Shown here in pieces: positions 51,562 to 62,391 of a stretch of 64,000 nucleotides of DNA. The position numbers and the translations under genes are program-made. The notes below the pieces were generated by a model. The model searched no databases. It had not been told where the DNA came from and was given only the letters and a program-made list of their open reading frames with translations. The stretch comes from an uncultured Actinomycetota bacterium (GTDB lineage: Bacteria; Actinomycetota; Actinomycetes; Propionibacteriales; Nocardioidaceae), in contig CAWDSA010000002.1 of NCBI GenBank assembly GCA_963804845.1, positions 318,533 to 382,532 on the forward strand, read 5' to 3'. How positions within the stretch are numbered: position 1 is the stretch's first letter; each line of letters opens with the position of its first letter.

Positions 51562-52656
51562 GTGAAGCAGAAGAGGAAGGCCTTCGTCGGAGGCATCGCC
51601 GCACTGGCGGCGACCACCGTCCTGGCCGCGTGCGGCGATGCGCCGGAGGAGACAGACAACAACGGGTCGGAGCCGCAGGCCAACGATTTCCTTCCGTGCA
51701 TCGTCTCTGACGCCGGCGGTTTCGACGACAAGTCGTTCAACCAGCTTGGCTACGAGGGCGTCGAGAAGGCCGCCGAGGAGCTCGGCTCGGAGTTCAACGC
51801 CGTCGAGTCCAACAGCGACACCGACTACGCCCCCAACATGGAGAGCCTGGTCGCCGAGGGCTGCGACGTGATCGTGGGTGTCGGCTTCGCGCTGTCCGCC
51901 GCGACGGTCGAGTCGGCCAACGCCAACCCCGAGACCGAGTACGTCCTCATCGACGACGCGGCCGACGTCGACTTCGACGGCAAGAAGGACGCCGAGAACG
52001 TCAAGCCCCTGCTCTACAACACCGCCGAGGCCGCATTCCTGGCCGGCTACGCGTCCGCCGACTTCAGCAAGACCGGAACCGTCGGCACCTACGGCGGCGA
52101 GCCGTTCCCCACGGTCACGATCTTCATGGACGGCTTCCGCCAGGGCGTGGAGTACTACAACGAGCAGAAGGGCGCCAACGTCGAGGTGCTCGGCTGGGAC
52201 GGCAAGGAGGGCAGCTTCACCGGTGGCTTCGTCGCCGGTCCGGCCGCCACCAACGCTGCCCGGCAGCTGATCGACCAGGGCGCGGACGTGCTGCTGCCCG
52301 TCGGCGGCCCGATCTACGAAGGCGCGCTGACCGCCATCCAGGACTCCGGTGAGGACGTCGTGATGCTCGGTGTCGACGCCGACGTCTTCGAGACCGACCC
52401 GCGCACCCAGGACGTCATCTTCACCTCGATCCTCAAGGGCATGGACGTCTCGACGTACGAGGCGATCATGGCCGCTGGCAACGACGAGTTCGACGCCGAG
52501 GCCTACATCGGCACCCTCGAGAACGACGGCGTCGGCATCGCCCCGTTCCACAACTTCGAGGGCGAGATCTCCGACACCCTGCCGGGTGAGCTGGAGGAGA
52601 TCGAGGCGGGCATCATCGACGGGTCCATCACCGTCGAGTCGTACCTGGCTGAGTGA
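51562..52656 (+). CDS. BMP-family (PnrA-like) ABC transporter substrate-binding lipoprotein, probable nucleoside binding
   Basis: GTG 51562. VKQKRKAFVGGIAALAATTVLAACGD is a lipobox. ...DAGGFDDKSFNQLGYEGV... Confidence 0.9.
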   Translation: MKQKRKAFVGGIAALAATTVLAACGDAPEETDNNGSEPQANDFLPCIVSDAGGFDDKSFNQLGYEGVEKAAEELGSEFNAVESNSDTDYAPNMESLVAEGCDVIVGVGFALSAATVESANANPETEYVLIDDAADVDFDGKKDAENVKPLLYNTAEAAFLAGYASADFSKTGTVGTYGGEPFPTVTIFMDGFRQGVEYYNEQKGANVEVLGWDGKEGSFTGGFVAGPAATNAARQLIDQGADVLLPVGGPIYEGALTAIQDSGEDVVMLGVDADVFETDPRTQDVIFTSILKGMDVSTYEAIMAAGNDEFDAEAYIGTLENDGVGIAPFHNFEGEISDTLPGELEEIEAGIIDGSITVESYLAE

Positions 52657-52753
52657 GCCAACGCGGAGGGAGGTCGGCATGCGCCGGCCTCCCTCTGCTG
52701 ACTCGTCCGGGGGAGATCTGCCCCCGGGGTCCCCGACCTCCTAGGATCACCCC

Positions 52754-54268
52754 ATGCAGCTGGCATTGCGCCACGTGACCAAGCGCTTCGGTTCGCTGGT
52801 GGCCAACGACGACATCTCCCTGACGGTCGAACCCGGCGAGATCCACGCTCTCCTCGGCGAGAACGGAGCCGGCAAGTCCACGCTCATGAACGTCCTCTAC
52901 GGCCTCTACCAGGCCGACGAGGGCGAGATCGTGGTCGACGGCGAGGTCCAGCACTTCTCCGGCCCCGGTGACGCCATCGCGGCCGGCATCGGCATGGTCC
53001 ACCAGCACTTCATGCTCGTGCCGGTCTTCACGGTCGCCGAGAACGTCATGCTCGGCAACGAGGCGACAGGTTTCGGCGGGGCGCTCGACATCGATGCCGC
53101 GCGGCAACGGGTCAAGGAGATCTCCGACCGGTTCGGCTTCCACGTCAACCCCGACGCGGTGATCGAGGACATGCCGGTGGGGGTCCAGCAGCGCGTCGAG
53201 ATCATCAAGGCGCTCTCGCGGGACGCACGGATCCTGGTCTTCGACGAGCCGACCGCGGTCCTCACCCCCCAGGAGACCGACGAGCTCATGGAGACCATGC
53301 GGCAGCTGCGCGAGTCGGGCGCCGCCATCGTCTTCATCACCCACAAGCTCCGCGAGGTCCGCGAGGTCGCCGACCGGATCACGGTCATCCGGCTCGGCAA
53401 GGTGGTCGGCGAGGCCAGCCCCACCGCCAGCAACGCCGAGCTCGCGTCCCTCATGGTCGGCCGCGCGGTCGAGCTGACGGTCCACAAGGACGAGCCCGAT
53501 CTCGGCGACGACGCCCTGGTCGTCGAGGGCCTCACGGTCGCCGACGCGACCGGTCTGGTCCACGTCGACGACGTCAGCTTCACGATCCGCGGGGGCGAGG
53601 TCATGGTGGTGGCCGGCGTCCAGGGCAACGGCCAGACCGAGCTCACCGAGGCCCTGCTCGGTCTCCAGGAACGGGTGCTCGGCTCGGTCCGCCTCGAGGG
53701 CAAGGAGCTGGTCGGCCGCACCGTGCGCCAGATCCTCGATGCCGGCGTCGGCTTCATCCCCGAGGACCGGCAGGTCGACGGGCTGGTCCCCAGCTTCACG
53801 ATCGCCGAGAACCTCATGCTCGACCGCAGCTTCCGGCCGCCGTTCGTCCGACGCGGGACCCTGCAGCTCGCCAAGCTCGATGAGTTCGCGCAGCACAAGC
53901 TCAAGGAGTACGACATCCGCGCGCCCGGCATCAGCACGCTGGCCGGCAACCTCTCCGGCGGCAACCAGCAGAAGGTGGTGGTCGCCCGGGAGCTGTCCCG
54001 CGACCTCCGGCTCCTGGTGGCGGCCCAGCCCACGCGCGGCGTCGACGTCGGGTCGATCGAGTTCATCCACCAGCAGATCGTGGCGACCCGCGACACCGGC
54101 GTCCCGGTGCTCGTGGTGTCGACCGAGCTCGACGAGGTCACTGCTCTCGCGGACCGGATCATGGTCCTCTACCGCGGCAAGATCGTCGGCATCGTTCCCG
54201 CCGACACCCCCCGTGAGGTCCTCGGACTGATGATGACCGGAGAGCGGCCGGAGGGGGTGGTCGCGTGA
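52754..54268 (+). CDS. ABC transporter ATP-binding protein (duplicated ATPase, sugar/nucleoside type)
   Basis: 504 aa: GENGAGKSTL..., VFDEPTAVLTPQE, and a second LSGGNQQKVVVAREL. Confidence 0.92.
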   Translation: MQLALRHVTKRFGSLVANDDISLTVEPGEIHALLGENGAGKSTLMNVLYGLYQADEGEIVVDGEVQHFSGPGDAIAAGIGMVHQHFMLVPVFTVAENVMLGNEATGFGGALDIDAARQRVKEISDRFGFHVNPDAVIEDMPVGVQQRVEIIKALSRDARILVFDEPTAVLTPQETDELMETMRQLRESGAAIVFITHKLREVREVADRITVIRLGKVVGEASPTASNAELASLMVGRAVELTVHKDEPDLGDDALVVEGLTVADATGLVHVDDVSFTIRGGEVMVVAGVQGNGQTELTEALLGLQERVLGSVRLEGKELVGRTVRQILDAGVGFIPEDRQVDGLVPSFTIAENLMLDRSFRPPFVRRGTLQLAKLDEFAQHKLKEYDIRAPGISTLAGNLSGGNQQKVVVARELSRDLRLLVAAQPTRGVDVGSIEFIHQQIVATRDTGVPVLVVSTELDEVTALADRIMVLYRGKIVGIVPADTPREVLGLMMTGERPEGVVA

Positions 54269-55558
54269 GCACGCCCGGAGACGAGGGTCCCGGCCAGGAC
54301 AAGACCGGGAAGCGACGAGGCGTCGGCCGAGACCGACCTCGCCGCCCAGCACGCACCGCCGGCCGAGGTCGAGGAGCCGCCCCGTCCGCCCGAGAGCGGC
54401 GCGTGGCACCTCGCCGTACGCCAGGTCACGACCGGCAACGCACTCGTCGGGGTCCTGGGCGTCCTCCTCGCGATGGCGATCGGCTCGCTGCTGATCCTCG
54501 CGACCGACCCGGAGGTCCGGGAGGCGGCCGGCTACATCTTCGCCCGGCCCGGCGACTTCTTCCAGGCAGCGGGCGACTCGATCTCGGGGGCCTACAGCGC
54601 GCTCTACCGGGGCGCGATCTACAACACCCGCGCCCCCGACTTCGAGACCGGCATCCGGCCGCTCACCGAGACCCTGAAGTTCGCCGGACCGCTGATCGCG
54701 GCCGGCCTGGGCGTCGGCCTGGCGTTCCGTGCCGGGCTCTTCAACATCGGCGGTCGCGGCCAGATGCTGCTCGCCGCGGCTGCGGCCGGCTGGATCGGCG
54801 TCGGTGTCGACCTCCCGTGGCCGGTGCACCTCGTCGTGGCCATCGCCGCAGGCATGGTGGCGGGGGCGCTCTGGGGCGGCATCGCCGGCTTCCTGAAGGC
54901 ACGCACCGGTGCCCACGAGGTGATCGTCACGATCATGCTCAACTACGTCGGCTTCTACCTGGTCTTCTACCTGCTCGCGACAGAGGGGCTACTGCAGGCT
55001 CCGGGGTCGGTCAACTCCAAGTCCCTGCCGATGCCCGAGACCGTCCAGCTCCCGAAGATCCTCGGAGAGACCTTCAACCTCCACCTCGGCTTCCTGCTCG
55101 CCCTGGTGTGCGTGGCCATCGTGTGGTGGATCCTCAGCCGATCCGGTCTCGGCTACCGGTTCCGGGCCGTCGGCGAGAACGCGCACGCGGCCCGCGCGTC
55201 CGGCATCGACGTCGGGCGCACCTACTTCGTCGCCATGCTCATCTCCGGCGCCCTGGTCGGGCTGGCCGGCGTCAACCAGGTGCTCGGCACGGTGACCAGC
55301 GGCGTCACCGTCGACGCCGACGCCGGCATCGGGTTCGACGCCATCACCGTGGCCCTGCTCGGTCGCTCCCACCCGCTCGGCATCCTCGGCGCCGGGCTGC
55401 TGTTCGGGGCGTTCAAGGCGGGTGGCTTCTCGATGCAGGTCTCCGAGGGCATCTCGGTCGACCTCGTCCTCATCATCCAGTCCCTCATCGTGCTGTTCAT
55501 CGCAGCACCCCCGCTGGTGCGGGCGATCTTCCGTCTGCCCGCCAAGGAGGCGTCGTGA
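54265..55558 (+). CDS. ABC transporter permease, probable indel near 54305-54312 in the N-terminal tail
   Basis: The core is track ORF 54473..55558. Its first TM helix (NALVGVLGVLLAMAIGSLLILA) begins upstream of the first in-frame start. GTG 54265 (GTGA overlap with the ATPase stop) is in another frame for about 15 codons. Confidence 0.8.
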
Positions 55559-56841
55559 GCCAGGCTCCCGCAGAAGCGCCCAAGGCGGTCACCGACGAGA
55601 TGAACGTCATCGCCGTGGCCAGCCCCAAGACCCCGATCCTCCTCGGAGTCCTCACCCTCGGCCTCGCGCTGGCGATCCTGGTGAGCCCTCAGTCCGGCGA
55701 CACCACGTTCCGGATTTCCACCCGGAACGACTTCTTCACCGTGCCCGACATCACGGTGCCCTCCCAGGGCACCGCGTGGCTCATGGTGGCCCTGCTCGCG
55801 CTGTGCACTGCCGAGTCCGTGCGCCGCTACCTCGCCAGCCGACCGACCCCGTTGTGGCTCGCCAGCCTGTTCGCGGTGCTCGCCATGTTCGGCTTCCTGT
55901 GCTGGGCAGCAGCCGGCGGCACCGTGCCCATGGTCGGCCTGCTGGGTGGCTCGCTCACCCTGGCCGTGCCGCTGGTCTTCGGTGCGCTGGGCGGCGTGCT
56001 CGGCGAGCGCGCCGGCGTCGTCAACATCGCCATCGACGGCCAGCTGCTGGCGGGCGCCTTCGCCGCCGCCCTGGTGGGCTCGGTCACCGGATCGGTCTGG
56101 GGCGGACTGTTCGGCGCCCTGGTCGCCGGGGCGCTGGTGGCCCTGTTGCTCGGCCTGTTCGCCATCACCTACTACGTCGACCAGGTGATCGTCGGCGTCG
56201 TCCTCAACGTCCTGGTCATCGGCATCACCAGCTTCATGTTCCAGCAGGTGCTCGCACCCAACGCCGCCGACCTGAACGCTCCCCCGAGGCTGAGCGCCTA
56301 CGCGATCCCCGTGCTGAGCGAGATCCCGCTGATCGGCCCCGTCTTCTTCCGGCAGTCGCCGCTCGTCTACCTGCTCTACGTCGCCGTGGCGGTCGTGACC
56401 TGGACCCTCTACCGCACCAAGTGGGGCCTGCGGGTCCGGGCGGTCGGCGAGCACCCCAAGGCCGCCGACACGGTGGGCATCAACGTCAACCGCACCCGCT
56501 ACCGCACCGTGCTGCTGGCCGGCGCGATCGTCGGCATCGGCGGGGCGTTCTACACGATGGTCTCCGCGCAGGCGTTCAACCGGGAGATGACCGGGGGTGC
56601 CGGCTACATCGCCCTGGCCGCCGTGATCTTCGGCAAGTGGGACCCGATCCGGGCCACGCTGGCGGCGCTGCTGTTCGGCTTCGCCTCCAACCTGCAAGGT
56701 GTGCTGTCGGTCCTCGGCTCCCCGGTACCCAGCCAGTTCATGCTGATGCTGCCCTACGTCGTGACCATCTTTGCCGTGGCCGGACTGGTGGGTCGGTCGA
56801 GGCCACCCGCAGCAGACGGACTGCCTTACATCAAGACCTAG
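55555..56841 (+). CDS. ABC transporter permease
   Basis: GTG 55555 overlaps the upstream TGA. 428 aa polytopic, with ...GERAGVVNIAIDGQLLAGAF... Confidence 0.88.
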   Translation: MSQAPAEAPKAVTDEMNVIAVASPKTPILLGVLTLGLALAILVSPQSGDTTFRISTRNDFFTVPDITVPSQGTAWLMVALLALCTAESVRRYLASRPTPLWLASLFAVLAMFGFLCWAAAGGTVPMVGLLGGSLTLAVPLVFGALGGVLGERAGVVNIAIDGQLLAGAFAAALVGSVTGSVWGGLFGALVAGALVALLLGLFAITYYVDQVIVGVVLNVLVIGITSFMFQQVLAPNAADLNAPPRLSAYAIPVLSEIPLIGPVFFRQSPLVYLLYVAVAVVTWTLYRTKWGLRVRAVGEHPKAADTVGINVNRTRYRTVLLAGAIVGIGGAFYTMVSAQAFNREMTGGAGYIALAAVIFGKWDPIRATLAALLFGFASNLQGVLSVLGSPVPSQFMLMLPYVVTIFAVAGLVGRSRPPAADGLPYIKT

Positions 56842-58034
56842 CGCGCGGTCAGCAGGCCGGTGACGGCGGCCTCGGCGAGCACCCGGGCGGCGATCGCCGT
56901 GGACCGCTCGTCGATGGTCAGGTTGCCCTGGTGGAGGTCGTAGGTCGGACCGTCGGGGGTGCGGGTCCCGAGCCGGCCCATCGCGCCCTTCACCCGCTCG
57001 ACGTACCAGCCGAAGTCCTCACCGCCCAGGCTCTGGGTGGTGGAGACCTGGCCGTCGTCGCCGAGCACGCGGCGTACGGCGGCGCTGAGCAGCTCGGTCG
57101 AGGTGTGCTCGTTGACCACCGGCGGAACGCCCCGCTTGTAGTCGACCTCGGCGGTGACACCGTAGGGCGCGACGATCTCGTCGATCAGGATCCGGACCAG
57201 GGACTCGGCGTCGGCCCACGCGACCGCGTCGAGCATCCGGACCGTGCCGGCGGCATAGCCGCCACCCGGGATCACGTTGTGGGCGGAGCCGGCCCGCACC
57301 AGGCCCCACACCACGCTCACGCCGGCGCGCGGGTCGAGCCGGCGCGACAGGATCGCGGGCAGCTCCACGACGAGCTTGCCGAGCGCGAACGTGAGGTCCT
57401 CGGTCAGGTGGGGGCGGGAGGTGTGGCCCCCGCGGCCGGTCAGCCTGACCGACAGGGCGTCGGCGGCGCCGGTGAGCGCCCCGTCGCGCACGCCCACCAA
57501 CCCCACGTCGAGGGTCGGGTCGCAGTGGAGCATGAAGATCCGGTCGACCCCGTCGAGCGCACCGTGGTCCATCAGCCGCAGCGCACCACCCGGCATGACC
57601 TCCTCGGCCGGCTGGAACAGCAGCCGGACCCGGCCCTGGAGCTGGCCCCGGTGGTGGGCCTCCGCGAGTGCGAGGCCGGCGCCGACGAGGCCGGCCGTGT
57701 GGACGTCGTGGCCGCAGGCGTGGGCGACGCCCGGCGTGGTGCTCGCCCAGGGCAGTCCCGTGGTGTCGTCGACCGGCAGTGCGTCGAGGTCGGCCCGCAG
57801 CGCGACCAGCGGCCCGGTGTCGCCGATGTCGGCGATCAGGCCGGTGCCGTCGATGCGGGTGAGCGCGATCCCAGCCGCCTCGAGCCGCTCGGCCACCACG
57901 TCGGTGGTGCGGGTCTCGGCCCACGACAGCTCGGGGTGGGCATGGAGGTCGCGCCGGAGCTCGATCAGGTCGTCGGCGTACTTCTCGACAACGGAGTCAA
58001 GGGTGCTGGAGGTCTCAGGAATCGGGATCGGCAT
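56838..58034 (-). CDS. M20-family amidohydrolase (N-acyl-amino-acid amidohydrolase / hippurate hydrolase-like)
   Basis: 398 aa: LRRDLHAHPELSWAETRT...HACGHDVHTA...FQPAEE... Confidence 0.88.
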   Translation of the reverse strand: MPIPIPETSSTLDSVVEKYADDLIELRRDLHAHPELSWAETRTTDVVAERLEAAGIALTRIDGTGLIADIGDTGPLVALRADLDALPVDDTTGLPWASTTPGVAHACGHDVHTAGLVGAGLALAEAHHRGQLQGRVRLLFQPAEEVMPGGALRLMDHGALDGVDRIFMLHCDPTLDVGLVGVRDGALTGAADALSVRLTGRGGHTSRPHLTEDLTFALGKLVVELPAILSRRLDPRAGVSVVWGLVRAGSAHNVIPGGGYAAGTVRMLDAVAWADAESLVRILIDEIVAPYGVTAEVDYKRGVPPVVNEHTSTELLSAAVRRVLGDDGQVSTTQSLGGEDFGWYVERVKGAMGRLGTRTPDGPTYDLHQGNLTIDERSTAIAARVLAEAAVTGLLTAR

Positions 58035-58131
58035 CGCCCGTAGAGGTTAGTTCACGCCGACCCGGCGCGTGGAATCAGGGACGGACGGGACGGGGCCCCG
58101 ACATGGCCGGGGCCCCGTCGCGTCGTTGCTC

Positions 58132-59175
58132 TCAGGCGGGCGGGAGGCCCCAGCGGACCAGCTGGCCATTGCCGTTCGACAGCACCCTGGTCGTCGCGTA
58201 GATCGCCTCCGGCGTCCACTCGACATCACCCGGCAGCCTGACCGACTTGTAGGGCTCCTTGGTCCTGGTGCCGTCCGGGACCCGCACGATCTGACCCGCG
58301 AACAGCTGCGAGACGTACAGGTCGCCGTTCTCGGCTACCGCGACACCGACCGGGCTCACCAGCTTGCCGACGACCTTCTCGCTGTCGCCGGTGGCGGGGT
58401 CGACCCGCCACACCGACCCGTTGGCGCCGAGACTTCCGTCCTCGGGTCCACCGGGCAGCGAGGACACGTAGAGCATCCCGTCAGGTCCCATCTCCACGTC
58501 GGTGGGCACGAACTCGAACCGGAAGGTGTGACGGGCCGTGCAGGGCGGCAGGCCGTTCGCCTTGGCTTCCTTCGGGCCGATCTTGACCGGGATCTTCGGC
58601 ATCACGGCAACCGTGCTGACCGTGCCGTCGGGAGCGGCGGCCAGGATCGCGTTGGCCGCAGCGTCGGCGATGTAGGTCGTTCCGACGCCGGGGAGAGTCG
58701 CGTAGGGGTGGCTCTCGACGATGCCCTTGTAGGGCAGGAGGAACGGGGGCAGCTTCTGCTTGCACTTCGGTGACAGCCCCTTGAAGCCGTACGTCGCGTC
58801 GGCGTCGGGGTTGGCGTCGCGCTCGTAGGCGCCGATGTTGGCGACCCGCTCGGCGTCACCTCCGCCGGTCATCGTGAGGAGATGGGTCTTCCTGCCGCGC
58901 GTGGTGGCGAAGGAGACCACGTCTCCAACGACGGAGACGGCACCGACCTCGGTGCCCTGCTTCGGCGCGGAGTAGGCGACCGTCGGGTCGCCGCCAGGCG
59001 GTACCTCCATGAGCAGACCGGCAAAGTTCTGGGCCACGTAGGCCGTCCCGTCCTCGGCCACGGCCGCGCTCAAGGGCGAGACCAGGTCGGTGGCGATGGG
59101 TGCGGCGCTAGCGGGCGTGATGGTGGCGGCTGTCAGGGCCGCAACGGTGGCGAGTGTGATGACGGTTCGACGCAT
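58132..59175 (-). CDS. secreted beta-propeller protein (ScyD/ScyE- or NHL-like; tentative)
   Basis: Signal peptide [24 protein letters not shown]. Repeated ...DG.(A/L)YV(A/S)Q.FAG... blades. Confidence 0.6.
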   Translation of the reverse strand: MRRTVITLATVAALTAATITPASAAPIATDLVSPLSAAVAEDGTAYVAQNFAGLLMEVPPGGDPTVAYSAPKQGTEVGAVSVVGDVVSFATTRGRKTHLLTMTGGGDAERVANIGAYERDANPDADATYGFKGLSPKCKQKLPPFLLPYKGIVESHPYATLPGVGTTYIADAAANAILAAAPDGTVSTVAVMPKIPVKIGPKEAKANGLPPCTARHTFRFEFVPTDVEMGPDGMLYVSSLPGGPEDGSLGANGSVWRVDPATGDSEKVVGKLVSPVGVAVAENGDLYVSQLFAGQIVRVPDGTRTKEPYKSVRLPGDVEWTPEAIYATTRVLSNGNGQLVRWGLPPA

Positions 59176-59275
59176 GGATCCCCCCAGGTGAACGTTGAAT
59201 GTTCAGACATCGACAGTCTGGACCGGACGTGGGCGTGTCGCATACCCCACAGGGGGGAATTGTTTGGCGCCGGCA

Positions 59276-60251
59276 TCAGCCTTCCGGATGACCGTCGTAG
59301 GCCTCGAGGATGAGGTCGGCGGCCACCGAGGCGTTGAGCTCGCCGGCCAGCAGCTGCCGACGTACGTCGTCGCGGATCTGCTTCACACCCGGTGAACGGC
59401 GAAGCCGATCGGCCAGCTCGTCTCGCACCAGCGCCCAGGTGAAGTCCAGCTGCTGCTCGGCCCGCTTGGCGGCGAGCCCGGCCAGCGCCGAGGTGGTCGC
59501 GGTGGGCCATGACCCGCTGCCAGACGTCGTCGACACCGTCACCGGTGAGGCCGGAGCAGGTGATGACGGGAGGCGCCCATTCGCCACGTCCATGGACCAG
59601 CCGGAGCGCGCCGGCCAGCTCGCGTGCCGCGGCGCGGGCCTCACCCTCCCGGTCGCCGTCCGCCTTGTTGACCGCGATCACGTCGGCGATCTCGAGGATG
59701 CCCTTCTTGATGCCCTGGAGCTGGTCACCGGTGCGAGCGAGGGTGAGGAAGAGGAAGGTGTCGACCATCCCGGCGACGGTGATCTCGGACTGGCCCACGC
59801 CGACGGTCTCGACCAGCACCACGTCGTACCCCGCCGCCTCGAGGACCGCCATCGCCTGGGTCGTCGCACGAGCGACGCCGCCGAGGGTGCCGGCGGCGGG
59901 CGAGGGGCGGATGTAGGCATCGGGGTCGTGGGCCAGGGTCGCCATCCGGGTCTTGTCGCCGAGCACGGACCCGCCCGTCCGCACGCTGGAGGGGTCGACG
60001 GCCAGCACTCCGACCCGGTGCCCGGCCGCGGTCAGCCGGGTGCCGAGCTGCTCGATGAACGTCGACTTGCCCACGCCCGGTACGCCGGAGATGCCGACCC
60101 GGACCGCTTCGCCCTCACCGAGCCGGTCGAGCAGCTCGCGCGCGGCAGCCCGGTGGGCCGGCTTGGACGACTCCATCAGCGTGATCGCGCGCGAGACCGC
60201 CGCTCGCTGCCGCTCCCCGATCCCGGCGACCAGCTCGTCCAGGTCAACCAT
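59276..60251 (-). CDS. meaB: methylmalonyl-CoA mutase-associated GTPase MeaB, one apparent frameshift near 59490-59500
   Basis: [25 protein letters not shown] and AVNKADG lie in 59133..60251. The C-terminal [24 protein letters not shown]...[12 protein letters not shown] lies in 59276..59644. Confidence 0.85.
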
Positions 60252-62391
60252 CGTGCCCGAGCTGCTCGGCGAGCTTCGTCAGCAGGTCGAGGGCCGACTC
60301 GGCGATGACCGTGCCGGGCAGGAACACCGCGGCCGCGCCCATCTCGTGCAGCTTCGCGACGTCGTCCGGAGGGATCACGCCCCCGACGACGACCATGATG
60401 TCCTCGCGGCCGAGGTCGGCCATGGCCTGGCGCAGCTGCGGCACGAGGGCGAGGTGGCTCGCGGCCAGCGAGGAGACCCCGACGATGTGGACGTCGGCGT
60501 CGACCGCCTGCTGGGCGACCTCGTCGGGCGTGGAGAACAGCGGCCCGACGTCGACGTCGAAGCCCATGTCGGCGAAGGCGCTGACGACGACCTTCTGGCC
60601 GCGGTCGTGGCCGTCCTGACCCATCTTCGCGACCAGGATCCGGGGTCGCCGGCCCTCGTGCTCCTCGAACTCGTCCGCCGCGGCCACCACTCGCTGGACG
60701 GGTCCGTCGCCGCCCGCCTCGTCGCGATACACGCCTGAGATGGTACGGATCACCGCCTGGTGGCGGCCGTAGACCTTCTCCATCGCCCCCGAGATCTCGC
60801 CGACCGTCGCCTTCGCGCGGGCAGCGTCGACGGCCAGCGCGAGCAGGTTGCCCTCATCTGTCTCGGCACTACGGGTCAGCGCTTCGAGGGTGCGCTCCAC
60901 CTCGCCGTCGTCCCGCTCGGCCCGTAGCCGCTCGAGCTTGGCCACCTGCTGGCGGTAGACGTCGTCGTTGTCGACGCGGTGGACGTCGAGGGGGTCCTCG
61001 GCGGCGAGCCGGAAGGTGTTGACGCCGATGACGTGCTGGTTCCCGGAGTCGATGCGCGCCTGCGTGCGCGCGGCCGCCTCCTCGATCCGCATCTTGGGGA
61101 TGCCCTGCTCGATCGCGGCCGCCATGCCGCCGGCCTTCTCCGCCTCCTGGATGTGACCCCAGGCGCGCTCGGCGAGGTCGTGGGTGAGGCGCTCGACGTA
61201 GTACGAACCGGCCCACGGGTCGATGGTGTGCGTCGTACCGCTCTCCTGCTGCAGCAGCAGCTGGGTGTTGCGCGCGATCCTGGCCGAGAAGTCGGTCGGC
61301 AGGGCGATCGCCTCGTCGAGCGCGTTGGTGTGGAGCGACTGGGTGTGGCCCTGGGTGGCGGCCATCGCCTCGATGCAGGTGCGGCCGACGTTGTTGAAGA
61401 CGTCCTGGGCGGTCAGCGACCACCCGCTGGTCTGGCAGTGGGTCCGCAGGCTGAGCGACTTGGGGTTCTGGGGCTCGAAGTCGCGCACCAGCCGGCTCCA
61501 GATCGCCCGCGCCGCGCGCATCTTCGCGACCTCCATGAAGAAGTTCATGCCGATCGCCCAGAAGAAGCTGAGCCGCGGCGCGAACCGGTCGATGTCGAGG
61601 CCGGCATCGAGTCCCGCGCGGAGGTACTCGACGCCGTCGGCGAGCGTGTACGCGAGCTCGAGGTCGGCGGTCGCCCCCGCCTCCTGCATGTGGTAGCCGG
61701 AGATCGAGATCGAGTTGAAGCGCGGCATCCGCTCGGCGGTGAACGCAAAGATGTCGGAGATGATCCGCATGCTCGGCGCCGGCGGGTAGATGTAGGTGTT
61801 GCGGACCATGAACTCCTTGAGGATGTCGTTCTGGATCGTCCCCGCGAGCTGCTCCGGCTTCACCCCCTGCTCCTCGGCCGCCGCGATGTAGAGCGCCAGG
61901 ACCGGGAGCACGGCGCCGTTCATCGTCATCGACACCGACATCTCGTCGAGCGGGATCCCGTCGAAGAGCGTGCGCGCGTCGTAGATCGAGTCGATCGCCA
62001 CGCCCGCCATGCCGACATCGCCGCGCACCCGCGGATGGTCGGAGTCGTAGCCGCGGTGGGTCGCGAGGTCGAAGGCGACGCTGAGCCCCTTCTGACCGGC
62101 CGCGAGGTTGCGGCGGTAGAACGCGTTGGACTCCTCGGCCGTCGAGAACCCGGCGTACTGCCGGATCGTCCACGGCTGGGTCGTGTACATCGTCGGGTAG
62201 GGCCCGCGCAGGAACGGCGTCAGCCCCGGCCAGGTGTCGAGCGCGTCGAGGCGCTCGAGGTGCTCCGGGCCGTACACCGGGTGGATGTCGATGCCCTCCG
62301 GAGAATGCCAAGGTTCCCCGACGGCGCTCGCGCCCGTCGAGACCATCTCCCCGGCCAGGTCGAGCCCGGCAAAGCTCTCCGGCACGCTCAC
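60244..62391 (-). CDS. mutB: methylmalonyl-CoA mutase, large (catalytic, B12-binding) subunit
   Basis: GTG 62391 overlaps the mutA TGA. ...[44 protein letters not shown]... The C-terminal B12 domain carries GQDGHDRG. Confidence 0.93.
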   Translation of the reverse strand: MSVPESFAGLDLAGEMVSTGASAVGEPWHSPEGIDIHPVYGPEHLERLDALDTWPGLTPFLRGPYPTMYTTQPWTIRQYAGFSTAEESNAFYRRNLAAGQKGLSVAFDLATHRGYDSDHPRVRGDVGMAGVAIDSIYDARTLFDGIPLDEMSVSMTMNGAVLPVLALYIAAAEEQGVKPEQLAGTIQNDILKEFMVRNTYIYPPAPSMRIISDIFAFTAERMPRFNSISISGYHMQEAGATADLELAYTLADGVEYLRAGLDAGLDIDRFAPRLSFFWAIGMNFFMEVAKMRAARAIWSRLVRDFEPQNPKSLSLRTHCQTSGWSLTAQDVFNNVGRTCIEAMAATQGHTQSLHTNALDEAIALPTDFSARIARNTQLLLQQESGTTHTIDPWAGSYYVERLTHDLAERAWGHIQEAEKAGGMAAAIEQGIPKMRIEEAAARTQARIDSGNQHVIGVNTFRLAAEDPLDVHRVDNDDVYRQQVAKLERLRAERDDGEVERTLEALTRSAETDEGNLLALAVDAARAKATVGEISGAMEKVYGRHQAVIRTISGVYRDEAGGDGPVQRVVAAADEFEEHEGRRPRILVAKMGQDGHDRGQKVVVSAFADMGFDVDVGPLFSTPDEVAQQAVDADVHIVGVSSLAASHLALVPQLRQAMADLGREDIMVVVGGVIPPDDVAKLHEMGAAAVFLPGTVIAESALDLLTKLAEQLGHDG

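Noticed and set aside
52628-58043. ORFs 52628..54916 (-), 55222..56697 (-) and 55422..58043 (+)
   Set aside because: They overlap the well-supported ABC ATPase and permease genes and the M20 hydrolase in wrong frames or strands. The translations are Arg/Gly/Pro-rich.
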